Shown: in pieces, positions 35,025 to 44,086 of the stretch
How the letters are laid out: the number at the start of each line of letters is the position of its first letter
How positions within the stretch are numbered: position 1 is the stretch's first letter
From: Candidatus Saccharimonadota bacterium
GTDB taxonomy: Bacteria > Patescibacteriota > Saccharimonadia > Saccharimonadales > JACDBH01
Assembly: GCA_028289135.1 (NCBI GenBank)
Contig: JAQGGW010000002.1
Coordinates: 36,255 to 100,254 of the forward strand
Direction of reading: 5' to 3'
Length of the DNA: 64,000 nucleotides
Program-made: the position numbers and the translations under genes
Notes under the pieces: model-generated
Told to the model about the DNA's origin: nothing
The model's input: the letters and a program-made list of their open reading frames with translations, nothing else
Database searches by the model: none

Positions 35025-36923
35025 ATGATGAACGCTCAAGACATTAGAAACAAGTATCTAAAATTTATGGAAGCCCAAGGCCACGTGGTAATACCGCGCG
35101 CGCTGGTTGTCCCGCAAAACGACCCTTCGACACTTTTCACCGGATCTGGTATGCAGCCGCTGATCCCGTACTTGCTCGGCGAAAAGCACCAAAACGGCAC
35201 ACGGCTGGTCGACAGCCAAACATGCCTTCGCGCCCAGGACATTGATGAAGTTGGCGACAATCGCCATACGACGTTTTTTGAAATGCTCGGCAACTGGTCT
35301 CTGGGCGACTATTTTAAAAAGGAACAGCTTCGATGGTTTTTTGAATTTTTGGTAGGCGAAGTTGGCTTGGATCCTGAACGCTTGTACGTAACTTGCTGCA
35401 GCGGATTTCCGGAGTTTAATGTGCCAAAAGATGAAGAGTCGGCAGAGCTTTGGACGGATTTGTTTAAAGAACAAGGTGTGGACGCTAAAAAAATTGATAT
35501 TGGCAGCGAGGAAAATGGTTACCAAGTAGGTGAGCAAGGCGGCCGTATATTCTTTTATGACAAAAAGAACTGGTGGAATAGAGGTACTGCAGGACCAGGA
35601 ACTACTGCCATCGGTGACCCATGCGGCCCCGACAGTGAAGTGTTTTATTTGTTTGACCAGCCGCACGATACCAAATGGGGGCCAAAATGCCATCCCAACT
35701 GCGACTGCGGTAGATTTATGGAAATCGGCAACTCAGTCTTTATGGAATATCTGCGAACCGATAAAGGTTTTGAAAAACTGCCAGCTAAAAACGTAGACTT
35801 TGGCGGTGGGCTTGAGCGCATTGCCGCAGCCCAGATCAACAGCTCCGACGTCTTTAAGATTAGTATTTTGTGGCCAATTATCGAAGCATTAGAAAAACTC
35901 AGCGGCAAAAATTACGACAGCCACACTGAAAGTATGCGTGTAATTGCCGATCACCTCCGGGCCGCAACGTTTTTGGCCGTGGATGGTATTACGCCAAGCA
36001 ACAAAGAGCAGGGCTACGTTATGCGCCGCCTTGTCCGCCGTGCAATCCGCAAGGCTTTTGACCTTGGTATTGAGCAAAACTTTTTAGAGGAGATCGTACC
36101 CGTAATTACAAACCTTTATAAAGATGACTATCCAGAAGTTGATGCTGGAGTGCAAAAAGTTGTTGAAGTGTTGGCGCGCGAGGAAAAAGTTTTCCGCCAG
36201 ACCCTCCGCAGTGGCCAAAAACTTTTGGAAAGAATGCACAAAGATGAAAAAGCGCTTACAGGTATAGATTTGTTCCGTTTGTATGATACCTATGGCTATC
36301 CTAAGGAGCTTGCTTTAGAAGAAGCTCAGATTTTAGGAATGAAGACACATAGTATAGAAAATCTTATGATGGTGTTTGACCAAGAAATGCAAAAACAGCG
36401 AGAAATGAGTCAAACGGCAGCAAAAGGCACATTCAAGGGTGGCCTTGGCGGCCAGACTGAAATGCATAAAAAGTATCACACCGCGACGCACCTTATGTAC
36501 CAGGCATTACGCCAAGTTTTGGGCGACCATGTGGTCCAAAACGGCAGCAACATTACCGAAGAGCGCCTGCGTTTTGACTTTAGCCACCCCGAAAAAGTAA
36601 CCCCAGAACAGATTGCCGAAGTAGAAAAAATCGTCAACGAACAGATCGGCAAAGACCTAAAAGTCAGCTTTGCCGAATACCCAACCAAGGTAGCCCGCGA
36701 AGAAATGGGTGCGCTTGGACAGTTTGGCGACCGCTACGGCGAAACAGTAAAGGTCTACAAAATGATAGCAGATGGTGCCGAAAAGCCATTTAGCTTTGAA
36801 ATCTGTGGCGGCCCGCACGTTGACCACACTTTGCAGTTGTATGAAGATGGCAAAAAGTTTAAGATAATTAAAGAAGAAGCAAGCTCGGCCGGCATCCGCC
36901 GTATCAAGGCCGTTTTAGTTTAA
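35025..36923 (+). CDS. alaS: Alanine--tRNA ligase, short form (632 aa; catalytic, tRNA-recognition and editing domains, no C-Ala domain)
   Basis: The N-terminus is IRNKYLKFMEAQGHVVIPRALVVPQNDPSTLFTGSGMQ. Editing-domain motifs are HTATHLMYQALRQVLG and CGGPHV. The protein ends shortly after the editing core. Confidence 0.9.
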   Translation: MMNAQDIRNKYLKFMEAQGHVVIPRALVVPQNDPSTLFTGSGMQPLIPYLLGEKHQNGTRLVDSQTCLRAQDIDEVGDNRHTTFFEMLGNWSLGDYFKKEQLRWFFEFLVGEVGLDPERLYVTCCSGFPEFNVPKDEESAELWTDLFKEQGVDAKKIDIGSEENGYQVGEQGGRIFFYDKKNWWNRGTAGPGTTAIGDPCGPDSEVFYLFDQPHDTKWGPKCHPNCDCGRFMEIGNSVFMEYLRTDKGFEKLPAKNVDFGGGLERIAAAQINSSDVFKISILWPIIEALEKLSGKNYDSHTESMRVIADHLRAATFLAVDGITPSNKEQGYVMRRLVRRAIRKAFDLGIEQNFLEEIVPVITNLYKDDYPEVDAGVQKVVEVLAREEKVFRQTLRSGQKLLERMHKDEKALTGIDLFRLYDTYGYPKELALEEAQILGMKTHSIENLMMVFDQEMQKQREMSQTAAKGTFKGGLGGQTEMHKKYHTATHLMYQALRQVLGDHVVQNGSNITEERLRFDFSHPEKVTPEQIAEVEKIVNEQIGKDLKVSFAEYPTKVAREEMGALGQFGDRYGETVKVYKMIADGAEKPFSFEICGGPHVDHTLQLYEDGKKFKIIKEEASSAGIRRIKAVLV

Positions 36924-36924
36924 A

Positions 36925-37314
36925 ATGGTTAGTGACGGAACAGAAACATATGGCCGGGGCGGACTTGACCCTTTTTATGGAATGTCTCTCGAAAGATTGC
37001 CTTCCATGCATGTTGATGAATGCCAGTTGGTAGCATGTGCTAGTAACGTAAAACAAGAACAACCAGAATATTTTGGTGGCCCGATTACGGTTAAACTTCA
37101 TTACAGGTTTGACGAGCCGCTTGAAGCCATTGCAAGCAAATGCCTAAGCTGCGGAGTTACTGACCGCCTCGTTTTTAGCGAGATAGACGACTTTAATGAA
37201 ATGGCAGTTGAAGGCATGAAGCGTGCTATGACACGTTGCGAACGCAAAAAAACTGCTGAAACTGAAGCAGACACCGGGCTTATGGTTACTGAACGTTCAG
37301 AAACTGATTTTTAA
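36925..37314 (+). CDS. Hypothetical protein
   Basis: 129-aa ORF starting 2 nt after the alaS stop; scattered Cys residues; no recognisable family. Confidence 0.4.
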   Translation: MVSDGTETYGRGGLDPFYGMSLERLPSMHVDECQLVACASNVKQEQPEYFGGPITVKLHYRFDEPLEAIASKCLSCGVTDRLVFSEIDDFNEMAVEGMKRAMTRCERKKTAETEADTGLMVTERSETDF

Positions 37315-37355
37315 AGAGATTTTCCTATCTGTAACGTGGTACAATTAACGCGTAT

Positions 37356-38639
37356 ATGCTTAATAAAATAAAAGGCCTACGGTCTGGTTCTAAAAAGGGT
37401 AATTCTGCACCGCAGCACATCGTGGCGCTTGATATTGGTACCGAAAACGTCAAGGCGTTGATTGGCCGGGTTAAAGACGACATTATAGAGATAATAGGCG
37501 TTGGCCGGGCCCACCAAGAATTGGCCGACATGCAGGCGGGCGCAATTGCCGATATCGCTGGTGTAGTTAAAAACTGCGATACAGCGCTTGGTATTGCAGA
37601 AAAAATGGCTGGTGTTAGTGTCCGCGGCACGGTTATTGGCATTGCTGGCGAGCTGGTTAAAGGCACCACAACTACTGTTAAATTTACCCGCAAAAACGCA
37701 TCGAGCCCGCTTGATATGCCGGAAGTTGAGCGGATTATTAAACTTGTCCAAGAACGCGCCGAACAAAAGGCCAAGCAGCAGCTGGCCTGGGAGCTGGGGG
37801 GCAAAGACGTTGAAATTCGTTTGGTTAACAGTGCGCTTGTGAGCATTACTATCGACGGCTATAACGTTAGCAACCCGGTTGGCTTCCAGGGCAAAGATGT
37901 TTTGGTCCAGCTTTATACCGCGTTTGCACCGCTGATCCACATTGGCGCTCTTGAAAGAACTGCCCACGAACTTGACCTTGACCTGCTGGCCGTTGCCGCT
38001 GAGCCGTTTGCCGTGGCTAGAAGCGTGATTGGCAACGAACAAAATGCTAGTATGAGCGCCATTTTAATGGATGTTGGCGGCGGCACAACAGACATTGCCG
38101 TTGTAAACGAAGGCGGCGTTGAAGGCACCAAAATGTTTGGCATTGGAGGCCGGGCTTATACCCGCTCGATTGAGCGCGATATGGATGTGGACTTTGAAAA
38201 GGCCGAAATGTTTAAGCTGGGAATTGAAAGCCACAAAATCCCCGAACACCGCCGCAAACATATCAGCGATGCCTTAAAAAAGACTTTGGATGTTTGGCTC
38301 AGCGGCGTGGAATTGGGACTTGGAGAATTTACCAAGCTTGACCATTTGCCGCATAAGATTTTGCTTTGCGGAGGCGGCTCAAGCCTTGAAATGCTGATGA
38401 ATGAACTTGATTCCACAGATTGGTACAAAAGTCTGCCATTTACGCGCCGGCCCGAAGTACAGCATATTGAACCAAGTGAAGTCGTGGGCATTGTTGACAA
38501 AACAGGTGCTGTGACCGACCATACCTTTATAACCGCAATGGGTTTGCTCCGCGTTGGACTTGATACCATTAACCAACAGAAGCCAGGCCCGGCCACCGGT
38601 TCTATCAAAGAAAGAATAAATAGGCTATTAAGCGTATGA
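37356..38639 (+). CDS. Actin-fold ATPase, FtsA-like (possibly PilM-like)
   Basis: Phosphate-1 is VALDIGTENVKALIG, phosphate-2 is MDVGGGTTDIAVV, and the adenosine motif is LLCGGGS. At 427 aa it is FtsA-sized. Confidence 0.65.
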   Translation: MLNKIKGLRSGSKKGNSAPQHIVALDIGTENVKALIGRVKDDIIEIIGVGRAHQELADMQAGAIADIAGVVKNCDTALGIAEKMAGVSVRGTVIGIAGELVKGTTTTVKFTRKNASSPLDMPEVERIIKLVQERAEQKAKQQLAWELGGKDVEIRLVNSALVSITIDGYNVSNPVGFQGKDVLVQLYTAFAPLIHIGALERTAHELDLDLLAVAAEPFAVARSVIGNEQNASMSAILMDVGGGTTDIAVVNEGGVEGTKMFGIGGRAYTRSIERDMDVDFEKAEMFKLGIESHKIPEHRRKHISDALKKTLDVWLSGVELGLGEFTKLDHLPHKILLCGGGSSLEMLMNELDSTDWYKSLPFTRRPEVQHIEPSEVVGIVDKTGAVTDHTFITAMGLLRVGLDTINQQKPGPATGSIKERINRLLSV

Positions 38640-40351
38640 GTGAGAACGGCAAGCACACAGTATATATAGACCTCGACGACGAAATTACGGCGATTATCGA
38701 GAAGGTTAAAGCCGCTCCAGAGAAGATCGTAGCTTTGGTGCTGCCAAAGCGCGCCACCGTGCTCCAGAGTGTAGTCAACATGAAGCTGCTTAAAAAGTCC
38801 GCCCTTGCCGCAAAAAAAAGCTTAGTGCTAATTACCTCGGAGGCAGGACTTTTACCGCTTGCCGGAGTAGTTGGCATCCATGTGGCAAAAAGCCTGCAGA
38901 GTAAGCCAGAAATCCCGCTTTTGCCGCGCCGTGATGACGATATGGACTCCGAAATTAGCGAAGCGCTAGATGATGAACCAGAAGTAGACAAAACCAAATC
39001 TGTTGGAGCGCTTGCCGCTGCCGCCAAACCGCTGGATGACGACGAAACCGAAACTATTGAGCTGGACGACGTAGATACGGCCGAAGAACCAGATGCCGAA
39101 GCGCCTAAAGGCAAAAAGAAGCTTGCCAAAGTCTTTAAGGTGCCAAATTTTGACCGTTTCCGTTTGAGCTTTTTCTTGGTTATTTTGGCGGTTATTCTGT
39201 TGGTTGGAGGCTGGGTATTCGCGGCCGTCGTGCTGCCAAAAGCGACAGTACTAATCGATACCGACACCAGCACCAGCGTGTCGGACATTACTTTTACCGC
39301 TAATACTGCTTTGAATGACCTCGATCTTAGCAAGTCATTGGTCCCAGCCGTGCAAAAAGAAGTTAAGAAAACCGACACCGAAAAAGCTACTCCAACAGGC
39401 AAGAAAGACAATGGCACAAAGGCCACAGGCACAATGACGCTTACTAACTGTATTAACGACGCCAACTCACACACCGTCCCGGCCGGAACAGGCTTTAGTA
39501 ATGGAAGCCTTACTTTTACAACGAACGAAGCAGTAACGCTTGAGCCAGCACTCTTCAGTGGTCCAAACTGTAAGAGTTCTACTTTTGGGCTAAACAAAGA
39601 CGTGGGCGTAACTGCAATTGCTGGCGGCACAAACTACAATGTTCCAGCCCATGCCTACACTTCATCAATTAGCGGAATTAATGCTTATGGCAGTGACATG
39701 GCTGGCGGTACTACAAGTGTTGTTACTGTTGTGGCACAGTCCGATATCGACGCCGCTGTTGCCAAAATGAAAGGCCGCCAAGACACTTCAGCTACAACCG
39801 ACCTGGCAAACGCGCTTCAAGCGGGTGGCCTAAAGGGATTGGACGAGACCAAAACAATCAGCGACCCTGTCATTACTGCAACTCCGGCCGTTGGCACCGA
39901 AGGCACCGCCGACATTACCATTACATCTGTTACAACTTATGACATCTTGGGCGTAAAGACAGACTTTCTAAACCAATTGATCAAAAAGGACGTTTCCACA
40001 AAAGCCACTGCCAGCAAAGAAGGCATCCTGGACAATGGGCTCGGCTCGGCATTGATCCATATTGTTAATAAAAAGAGCCCAACCGAGGTCCAGATGTCAC
40101 TGCACGCGATTGTCATATCCGGTCCAACCCTGGACGCGGGCGCAATCAAGGACGAAATCCGCGGCAAGAAAAAAGGTGATGCCGAGCAGATTATTTCTTC
40201 CAAGCCAGGCGTAAAAAGTGTGACAATTACCTACAAACCGTTCTGGGTGCTGTCAACGCCAAAAGCCGTTAAAAAGATTACCGTTACCATCAAGAAACCG
40301 GTCGTAACACCGTCTACAGGAAAAGATACATCAAATGGCTACAACCCGTAA
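38636..40351 (+). CDS. Hypothetical bitopic membrane protein coupled to the ftsA-like gene
   Basis: ATGA overlap with the upstream gene. It has a ~170-aa cytoplasmic N-domain, an acidic linker, one TM (FFLVILAVILLVGGWVFAAVVL) and a ~370-aa Thr/Gly-rich ectodomain. Confidence 0.55.
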   Translation: MSENGKHTVYIDLDDEITAIIEKVKAAPEKIVALVLPKRATVLQSVVNMKLLKKSALAAKKSLVLITSEAGLLPLAGVVGIHVAKSLQSKPEIPLLPRRDDDMDSEISEALDDEPEVDKTKSVGALAAAAKPLDDDETETIELDDVDTAEEPDAEAPKGKKKLAKVFKVPNFDRFRLSFFLVILAVILLVGGWVFAAVVLPKATVLIDTDTSTSVSDITFTANTALNDLDLSKSLVPAVQKEVKKTDTEKATPTGKKDNGTKATGTMTLTNCINDANSHTVPAGTGFSNGSLTFTTNEAVTLEPALFSGPNCKSSTFGLNKDVGVTAIAGGTNYNVPAHAYTSSISGINAYGSDMAGGTTSVVTVVAQSDIDAAVAKMKGRQDTSATTDLANALQAGGLKGLDETKTISDPVITATPAVGTEGTADITITSVTTYDILGVKTDFLNQLIKKDVSTKATASKEGILDNGLGSALIHIVNKKSPTEVQMSLHAIVISGPTLDAGAIKDEIRGKKKGDAEQIISSKPGVKSVTITYKPFWVLSTPKAVKKITVTIKKPVVTPSTGKDTSNGYNP

Positions 40352-40766
40352 TGTAATTGGCTTGGATGTGGGCGACAGGCGGGTCGGCGTTGCCATTGCA
40401 AGTTTGGAAGCCCGCATGGCCAGCCCGCTGCTTACAATCGACCGCCAAGTTTCGGATGACATTTTTCTAGAAATTTCGGAATTATTAAAAAAGCACGACG
40501 CCGAAGTGGTAGTGGTGGGATTGCCGCGTGATATGGAAGGGCGTGAGACTGCCCAAACTCGTTCTGCCCGTGACTTTGCTGCAACTCTGGAAAAGTCCTG
40601 CGGATTGCCGGTGCACATGCAGGACGAAGCGGCCACATCGATTGCTGCCGAGGAAACGCTAAAAGAGCTGGGCAAACCTTACCAAAAAGGTGACATCGAC
40701 AAATACGCGGCGGCGATTATTTTAGATGACTGGCTGGCAAACGCTGTACAAACGGAGTCAAAATAA
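40335..40766 (+). CDS. ruvX: Holliday-junction resolvase-like pre-16S rRNA nuclease (YqgF/RuvX)
   Basis: IGLDVGDRRVGVAIAS at the N-terminus, VVVGLP, and DEAATSIAAEE. Confidence 0.85.
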   Translation: MATTRNVIGLDVGDRRVGVAIASLEARMASPLLTIDRQVSDDIFLEISELLKKHDAEVVVVGLPRDMEGRETAQTRSARDFAATLEKSCGLPVHMQDEAATSIAAEETLKELGKPYQKGDIDKYAAAIILDDWLANAVQTESK

Positions 40767-41833
40767 TGGCATACAAAGTCAAAAAAAATTCACATCGTTT
40801 GCGCAAAGCTCTTATCATTTTTGTAATTATTGTAGCGGTTGTTGGCGTAGGCGCTTTGCTTGTGGTCCGCCGCATCTACACCGAAAACCTGCGGGCTGTA
40901 ACTCCAGACGTTCACACCCAAGTGGTTGTCGCTATTCCGGCTGGGTCTTCGCTAAATCAAATTGCCCAGATTTTAAAGACAAAACAGGTCATCAGGGCCG
41001 ACTGGGCGTTTAAACAATACGTCCGTAGTCACGAGCTGGGTGACAAACTAAAAGCTGGCACTTACAGGCTTTACAGCGACGAAAACGTGGGCACAATTGC
41101 GAACTTTTTGGTAGCTGGAAAAGTGGCGGTTGATCTGTTTACCATCTTGCCGGGCCAGCGGATTGACCAAATCCGTAAGACGTTTATTGACGCCGGCTTT
41201 ACGGCTGCCGATGTCGACAAAGCATTGGACGCAAACAACTACGCCGGCCACGCGGCTCTAGTGGACAAACCAGCGGCTGCCAGCCTAGAGGGCTATTTAT
41301 ATCCTGATTCTTTCCAGCGCACCGCCGACACCAGCCCAACGACCATTGTTGTACAGTCGCTCGACGAAATGGCAAGTTACTTAACCGCCGACCTTCGTAG
41401 TGCCTATGCCGCCGAAAACCTTACCACCTACCAAGCCATTACATTGGCAAGTATTGTCGAGCGCGAAGTTGCCAGCCAGGAAGACCGGGCCACAGCTGCC
41501 CAGGTATTTTTAACGCGGATCAAGCAGGGTATGCGTTTGCAGTCCGACGTTACTGTTATTTATGGCATGGCGCTTGCGGGCAAAGATACCTCCATTGTCG
41601 ACACCAGCTTTGCCTCCCCATATAACACATTTTTGCATGACGGCCTGCCTGTTGGTCCAATATCCAACGTTACCAAAAGCGGCCTTCAAGCTGTAGCCCA
41701 CCCCTCTTCCACCGACTATCTATATTTTGTAGCTGGTGACGGCTCCGACTATGGCAAGACCTATTTCTCCAAAACAATTGCCGAACACCAAGCCGCTGTA
41801 GCCGCCCACTGCAAAACCTGCGCCCAGCAGTAA
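40766..41833 (+). CDS. mltG: Endolytic murein transglycosylase (YceG-like)
   Basis: It has an N-terminal TM, ASLEGYLYPDSF, ASIVEREV, and YNTFLHDGLPVGPISN. Confidence 0.85.
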   Translation: MAYKVKKNSHRLRKALIIFVIIVAVVGVGALLVVRRIYTENLRAVTPDVHTQVVVAIPAGSSLNQIAQILKTKQVIRADWAFKQYVRSHELGDKLKAGTYRLYSDENVGTIANFLVAGKVAVDLFTILPGQRIDQIRKTFIDAGFTAADVDKALDANNYAGHAALVDKPAAASLEGYLYPDSFQRTADTSPTTIVVQSLDEMASYLTADLRSAYAAENLTTYQAITLASIVEREVASQEDRATAAQVFLTRIKQGMRLQSDVTVIYGMALAGKDTSIVDTSFASPYNTFLHDGLPVGPISNVTKSGLQAVAHPSSTDYLYFVAGDGSDYGKTYFSKTIAEHQAAVAAHCKTCAQQ

Positions 41834-41842
41834 CCCACTATT

Positions 41843-42075
41843 TAAGTTTTCTCCTCTTAGCTAAACCCCTTCCAGCCTGACATGACTGATCCGCACAACG
41901 GTAAGCTCCCAGTCAAAATAACAGCAAGCCTGCAGAACTCGGCACTTAACGTGCCTTCAAACAGCTTCGGCTGGATTTTGCTGTTATTTTGACGGAGCTT
42001 AGCCGTAAGTGCGGATAGCATGCTCAGGCTGCAAGGGGGTTTAGCTTGCGGACGTTTATCCCTTATTCGTAACTT
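41843..42075 (+). repeat. Structured element 'A', copy 2
   Basis: A hairpin spans 41859-42046 and includes a perfect 16-bp stem (41912-41927 with 41978-41993). The apical mini-hairpin is GGCAC-TTAAC-GTGCC. The element begins 10 nt after the mltG stop. Confidence 0.7.
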
Positions 42076-42082
42076 ACTCCCC

Positions 42083-42215
42083 GTGAAGCCCCATCCGGGG
42101 GCTTCACATGACTTTAAGCTACACAGTTAGTGTTGCGGGAAGTTTCGGCACGTTGATTTAATAGCGTAAAACTGTCTCCAGCGGCTAAATCAATGTGCCG
42201 AAACTTCCAAGGAGT
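42083..42215 (-). repeat. Structured element 'B', copy 2 (inverted relative to copy 1)
   Basis: Its reverse complement matches 23353-23485 almost base for base in both hairpins, while the linker between them differs. It abuts element A copy 2 with a ~7-nt gap. Confidence 0.75.
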
Positions 42216-42500
42216 AAAACGAAGAGAGCATAAAAAACAGACTTTTATGGTTGTAATGTAGAGAAAAAGGTGTTTTTTGAGGGTTTTTGAATAACAGGGG
42301 TGGAATTTGTGGATAACAGGGGTTAAAAACCTTTTGCAAGGGTTGACCATAATGTGGGTAGTTGATACACTTTTAGATACGGCTTTAAGAGGTGTTCAAT
42401 CTGTTTAACAGATAAGACACAGGAAGCCGTTGAATACGCATTTAATAAGATAGAACTTTTACACAATAGTGCAGTCCAGGATGAAAGCCGAGCACAAAAG

Positions 42501-43736
42501 TTGAGATGTATACAGAAATACATTGAGACTTTTTGTCGCAGGCTTTCGCCTGGAATGTGCATTGTGTATAAGTTATATAAGGAGAAAGCTATTCGTAGCC
42601 TAACCCGTTTGACTGAATTACCTAAAGATGCGACAAATTCAGCCATATCACTCAAGACGAAATTATCCCGCACAGTAACGGTCAAGCGTTACCGCAAACG
42701 CTTTATTCGTTATGGTTTATTAGTTGGTAACTTGGCAATTGTTGCTGTGGCTGCCATGCTTGTGCTGCATAATCCAAGCGATAAAATGCCACACAGCAGC
42801 GCCGCGGTTGCTGACTCGCAGGCAACTAACCCTCTAGATACACTATCTGCCGCCGACATTGCTGTAACGGCTGCTCGTATGACTAACTTGGTAGAGACAA
42901 CGGCTGTTACAAACCAGGCTGATTCGGTGGCTGCCGACCTTAATACGCACGTCGTGGACTATGCTGTTGTGCCTAAACCGCAGATCCTACCCTCTGTAAC
43001 CAAGACAAAGGCCGATATCAAAGACTACACAGTCCAGAACGGCGATAGCTTGGGCGACCTGGCTACAAAGTTTGGTGTTACAAGCGACAGTATTAAGTGG
43101 TCTAACGGACTCACTTCCGCGACATTAACTCCTGGCAACGTTTTGGCTATTCCGCCAATTGACGGGATTGTTTATACCGTAAAAACTGGAGATACGGCTG
43201 AAACACTGGCTTCCAAATACTCTGCAAACAAAGACCAGATTACGGTTTTTAACGACGCCGAGGTAACGGGTCTTAAGGCCAACGATCGTATTGTCGTGCC
43301 CGGTGGCAGCATCGCTCCACCGCCGCCAGTGACAACAACTTATTATGGGGGCAATTATGGAGGCGGTGTCGTAACGGCAATCTATAGCGGCAACGGCTAT
43401 GACTATGGATGGTGTACCTGGTATGTTTCAAACCGCCGTGCCGAGATTGGCCGCCCAGTGCCAAATAACCTTGGCAACGCTTATAGCTGGTACGTAATTG
43501 CCCAGCGCGCTGGTTTGCCCACTGGCGGCAGTCCAGAGGTAGGCGCGGTCGCAGTAAACCAAGGCGGCAACCATGTATCTGTTGTGGAACAAGTTAATGA
43601 TGATGGCAGTTTTTGGATTTCGGAAATGAATGCCAGCGGGCAGGTTAGCATGACGGACTCGCGCGGTGCTGGTGGCTGGGGTCGTATAGACTATAGATTA
43701 GTTCCTTCAGTTGGTTCTCTTAAATTCATTTATTAG
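42501..43736 (+). CDS. Peptidoglycan hydrolase: N-terminal TM, 2 x LysM, C-terminal CHAP amidase/peptidase
   Basis: LysM repeats are YTVQNGDSLGDLATKFGV and YTVKTGDTAETLASKYS. CHAP motifs are GWCTWYV, NAYSWY and GNHVSVVE. The start is uncertain: AAGGAG (42579-42584) lies 6 nt before an in-frame ATT at 42591. Confidence 0.8.
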   Translation: MRCIQKYIETFCRRLSPGMCIVYKLYKEKAIRSLTRLTELPKDATNSAISLKTKLSRTVTVKRYRKRFIRYGLLVGNLAIVAVAAMLVLHNPSDKMPHSSAAVADSQATNPLDTLSAADIAVTAARMTNLVETTAVTNQADSVAADLNTHVVDYAVVPKPQILPSVTKTKADIKDYTVQNGDSLGDLATKFGVTSDSIKWSNGLTSATLTPGNVLAIPPIDGIVYTVKTGDTAETLASKYSANKDQITVFNDAEVTGLKANDRIVVPGGSIAPPPPVTTTYYGGNYGGGVVTAIYSGNGYDYGWCTWYVSNRRAEIGRPVPNNLGNAYSWYVIAQRAGLPTGGSPEVGAVAVNQGGNHVSVVEQVNDDGSFWISEMNASGQVSMTDSRGAGGWGRIDYRLVPSVGSLKFIY

Positions 43737-43739
43737 TCC

Positions 43740-43997
43740 ATGAAAAGTATTGAAGAGCGGCTTTTGGCTATTGAGGCGCGTAATAGGCAGGTCGAGGACA
43801 ATAAGGCTTGGGAAACTAGCTGGACGCGGCGGCTTAGTATAATGGTGCTGACTTATTTGGTCGTGGCTTTTTATCTTCACTTTGTTGTGCATATAAGCCC
43901 ATGGATCAACGCGCTGGTTCCGGTAATTGGATTTTTGCTATCTACCTTAACAGTTTCTTTTTTAAAGAAACGCTGGCTTCTTCGGCGGGGAAAATAG
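43740..43997 (+). CDS. Small hypothetical membrane protein (2 TM)
   Basis: 85 aa with an amphipathic N-terminus followed by two hydrophobic helices. Confidence 0.5.
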   Translation: MKSIEERLLAIEARNRQVEDNKAWETSWTRRLSIMVLTYLVVAFYLHFVVHISPWINALVPVIGFLLSTLTVSFLKKRWLLRRGK

Positions 43998-44086
43998 CAT
44001 CAAAACAGATCTGGTTGTAGTACTTTTGACATTTTTGTAGTATAATTACATAAGAATTTTGTTGAAGTTAATAAAAGGCCGTAAAA

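Noticed and set aside
37325-38656. Several minus-strand ORFs (173, 221 and 166 aa) antisense to the ftsA-like gene
   Set aside because: The plus-strand product has clear actin-fold ATPase motifs. The antisense ORFs have no motifs and atypical composition.
38605-39630. A 341-aa minus-strand ORF antisense to 38636-40351
   Set aside because: It is a Ser/Ala/Leu-rich low-complexity shadow ORF lying entirely inside a plus-strand gene that is translationally coupled to its neighbours.
42287-42316. A perfect DnaA-box 9-mer, TGTGGATAA (42308-42316), plus a one-mismatch box (TTTGAATAA, 42287-42295) in a 670-bp intergenic region: possible oriC?
   Set aside because: There are only one or two boxes, no dnaA or dnaN nearby, and no obvious AT-rich unwinding element. 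Another perfect TGTGGATAA lies at 26800-26808 in an unrelated intergenic region, so chance or a different regulator is as likely. GC-skew analysis of the whole genome would settle it.
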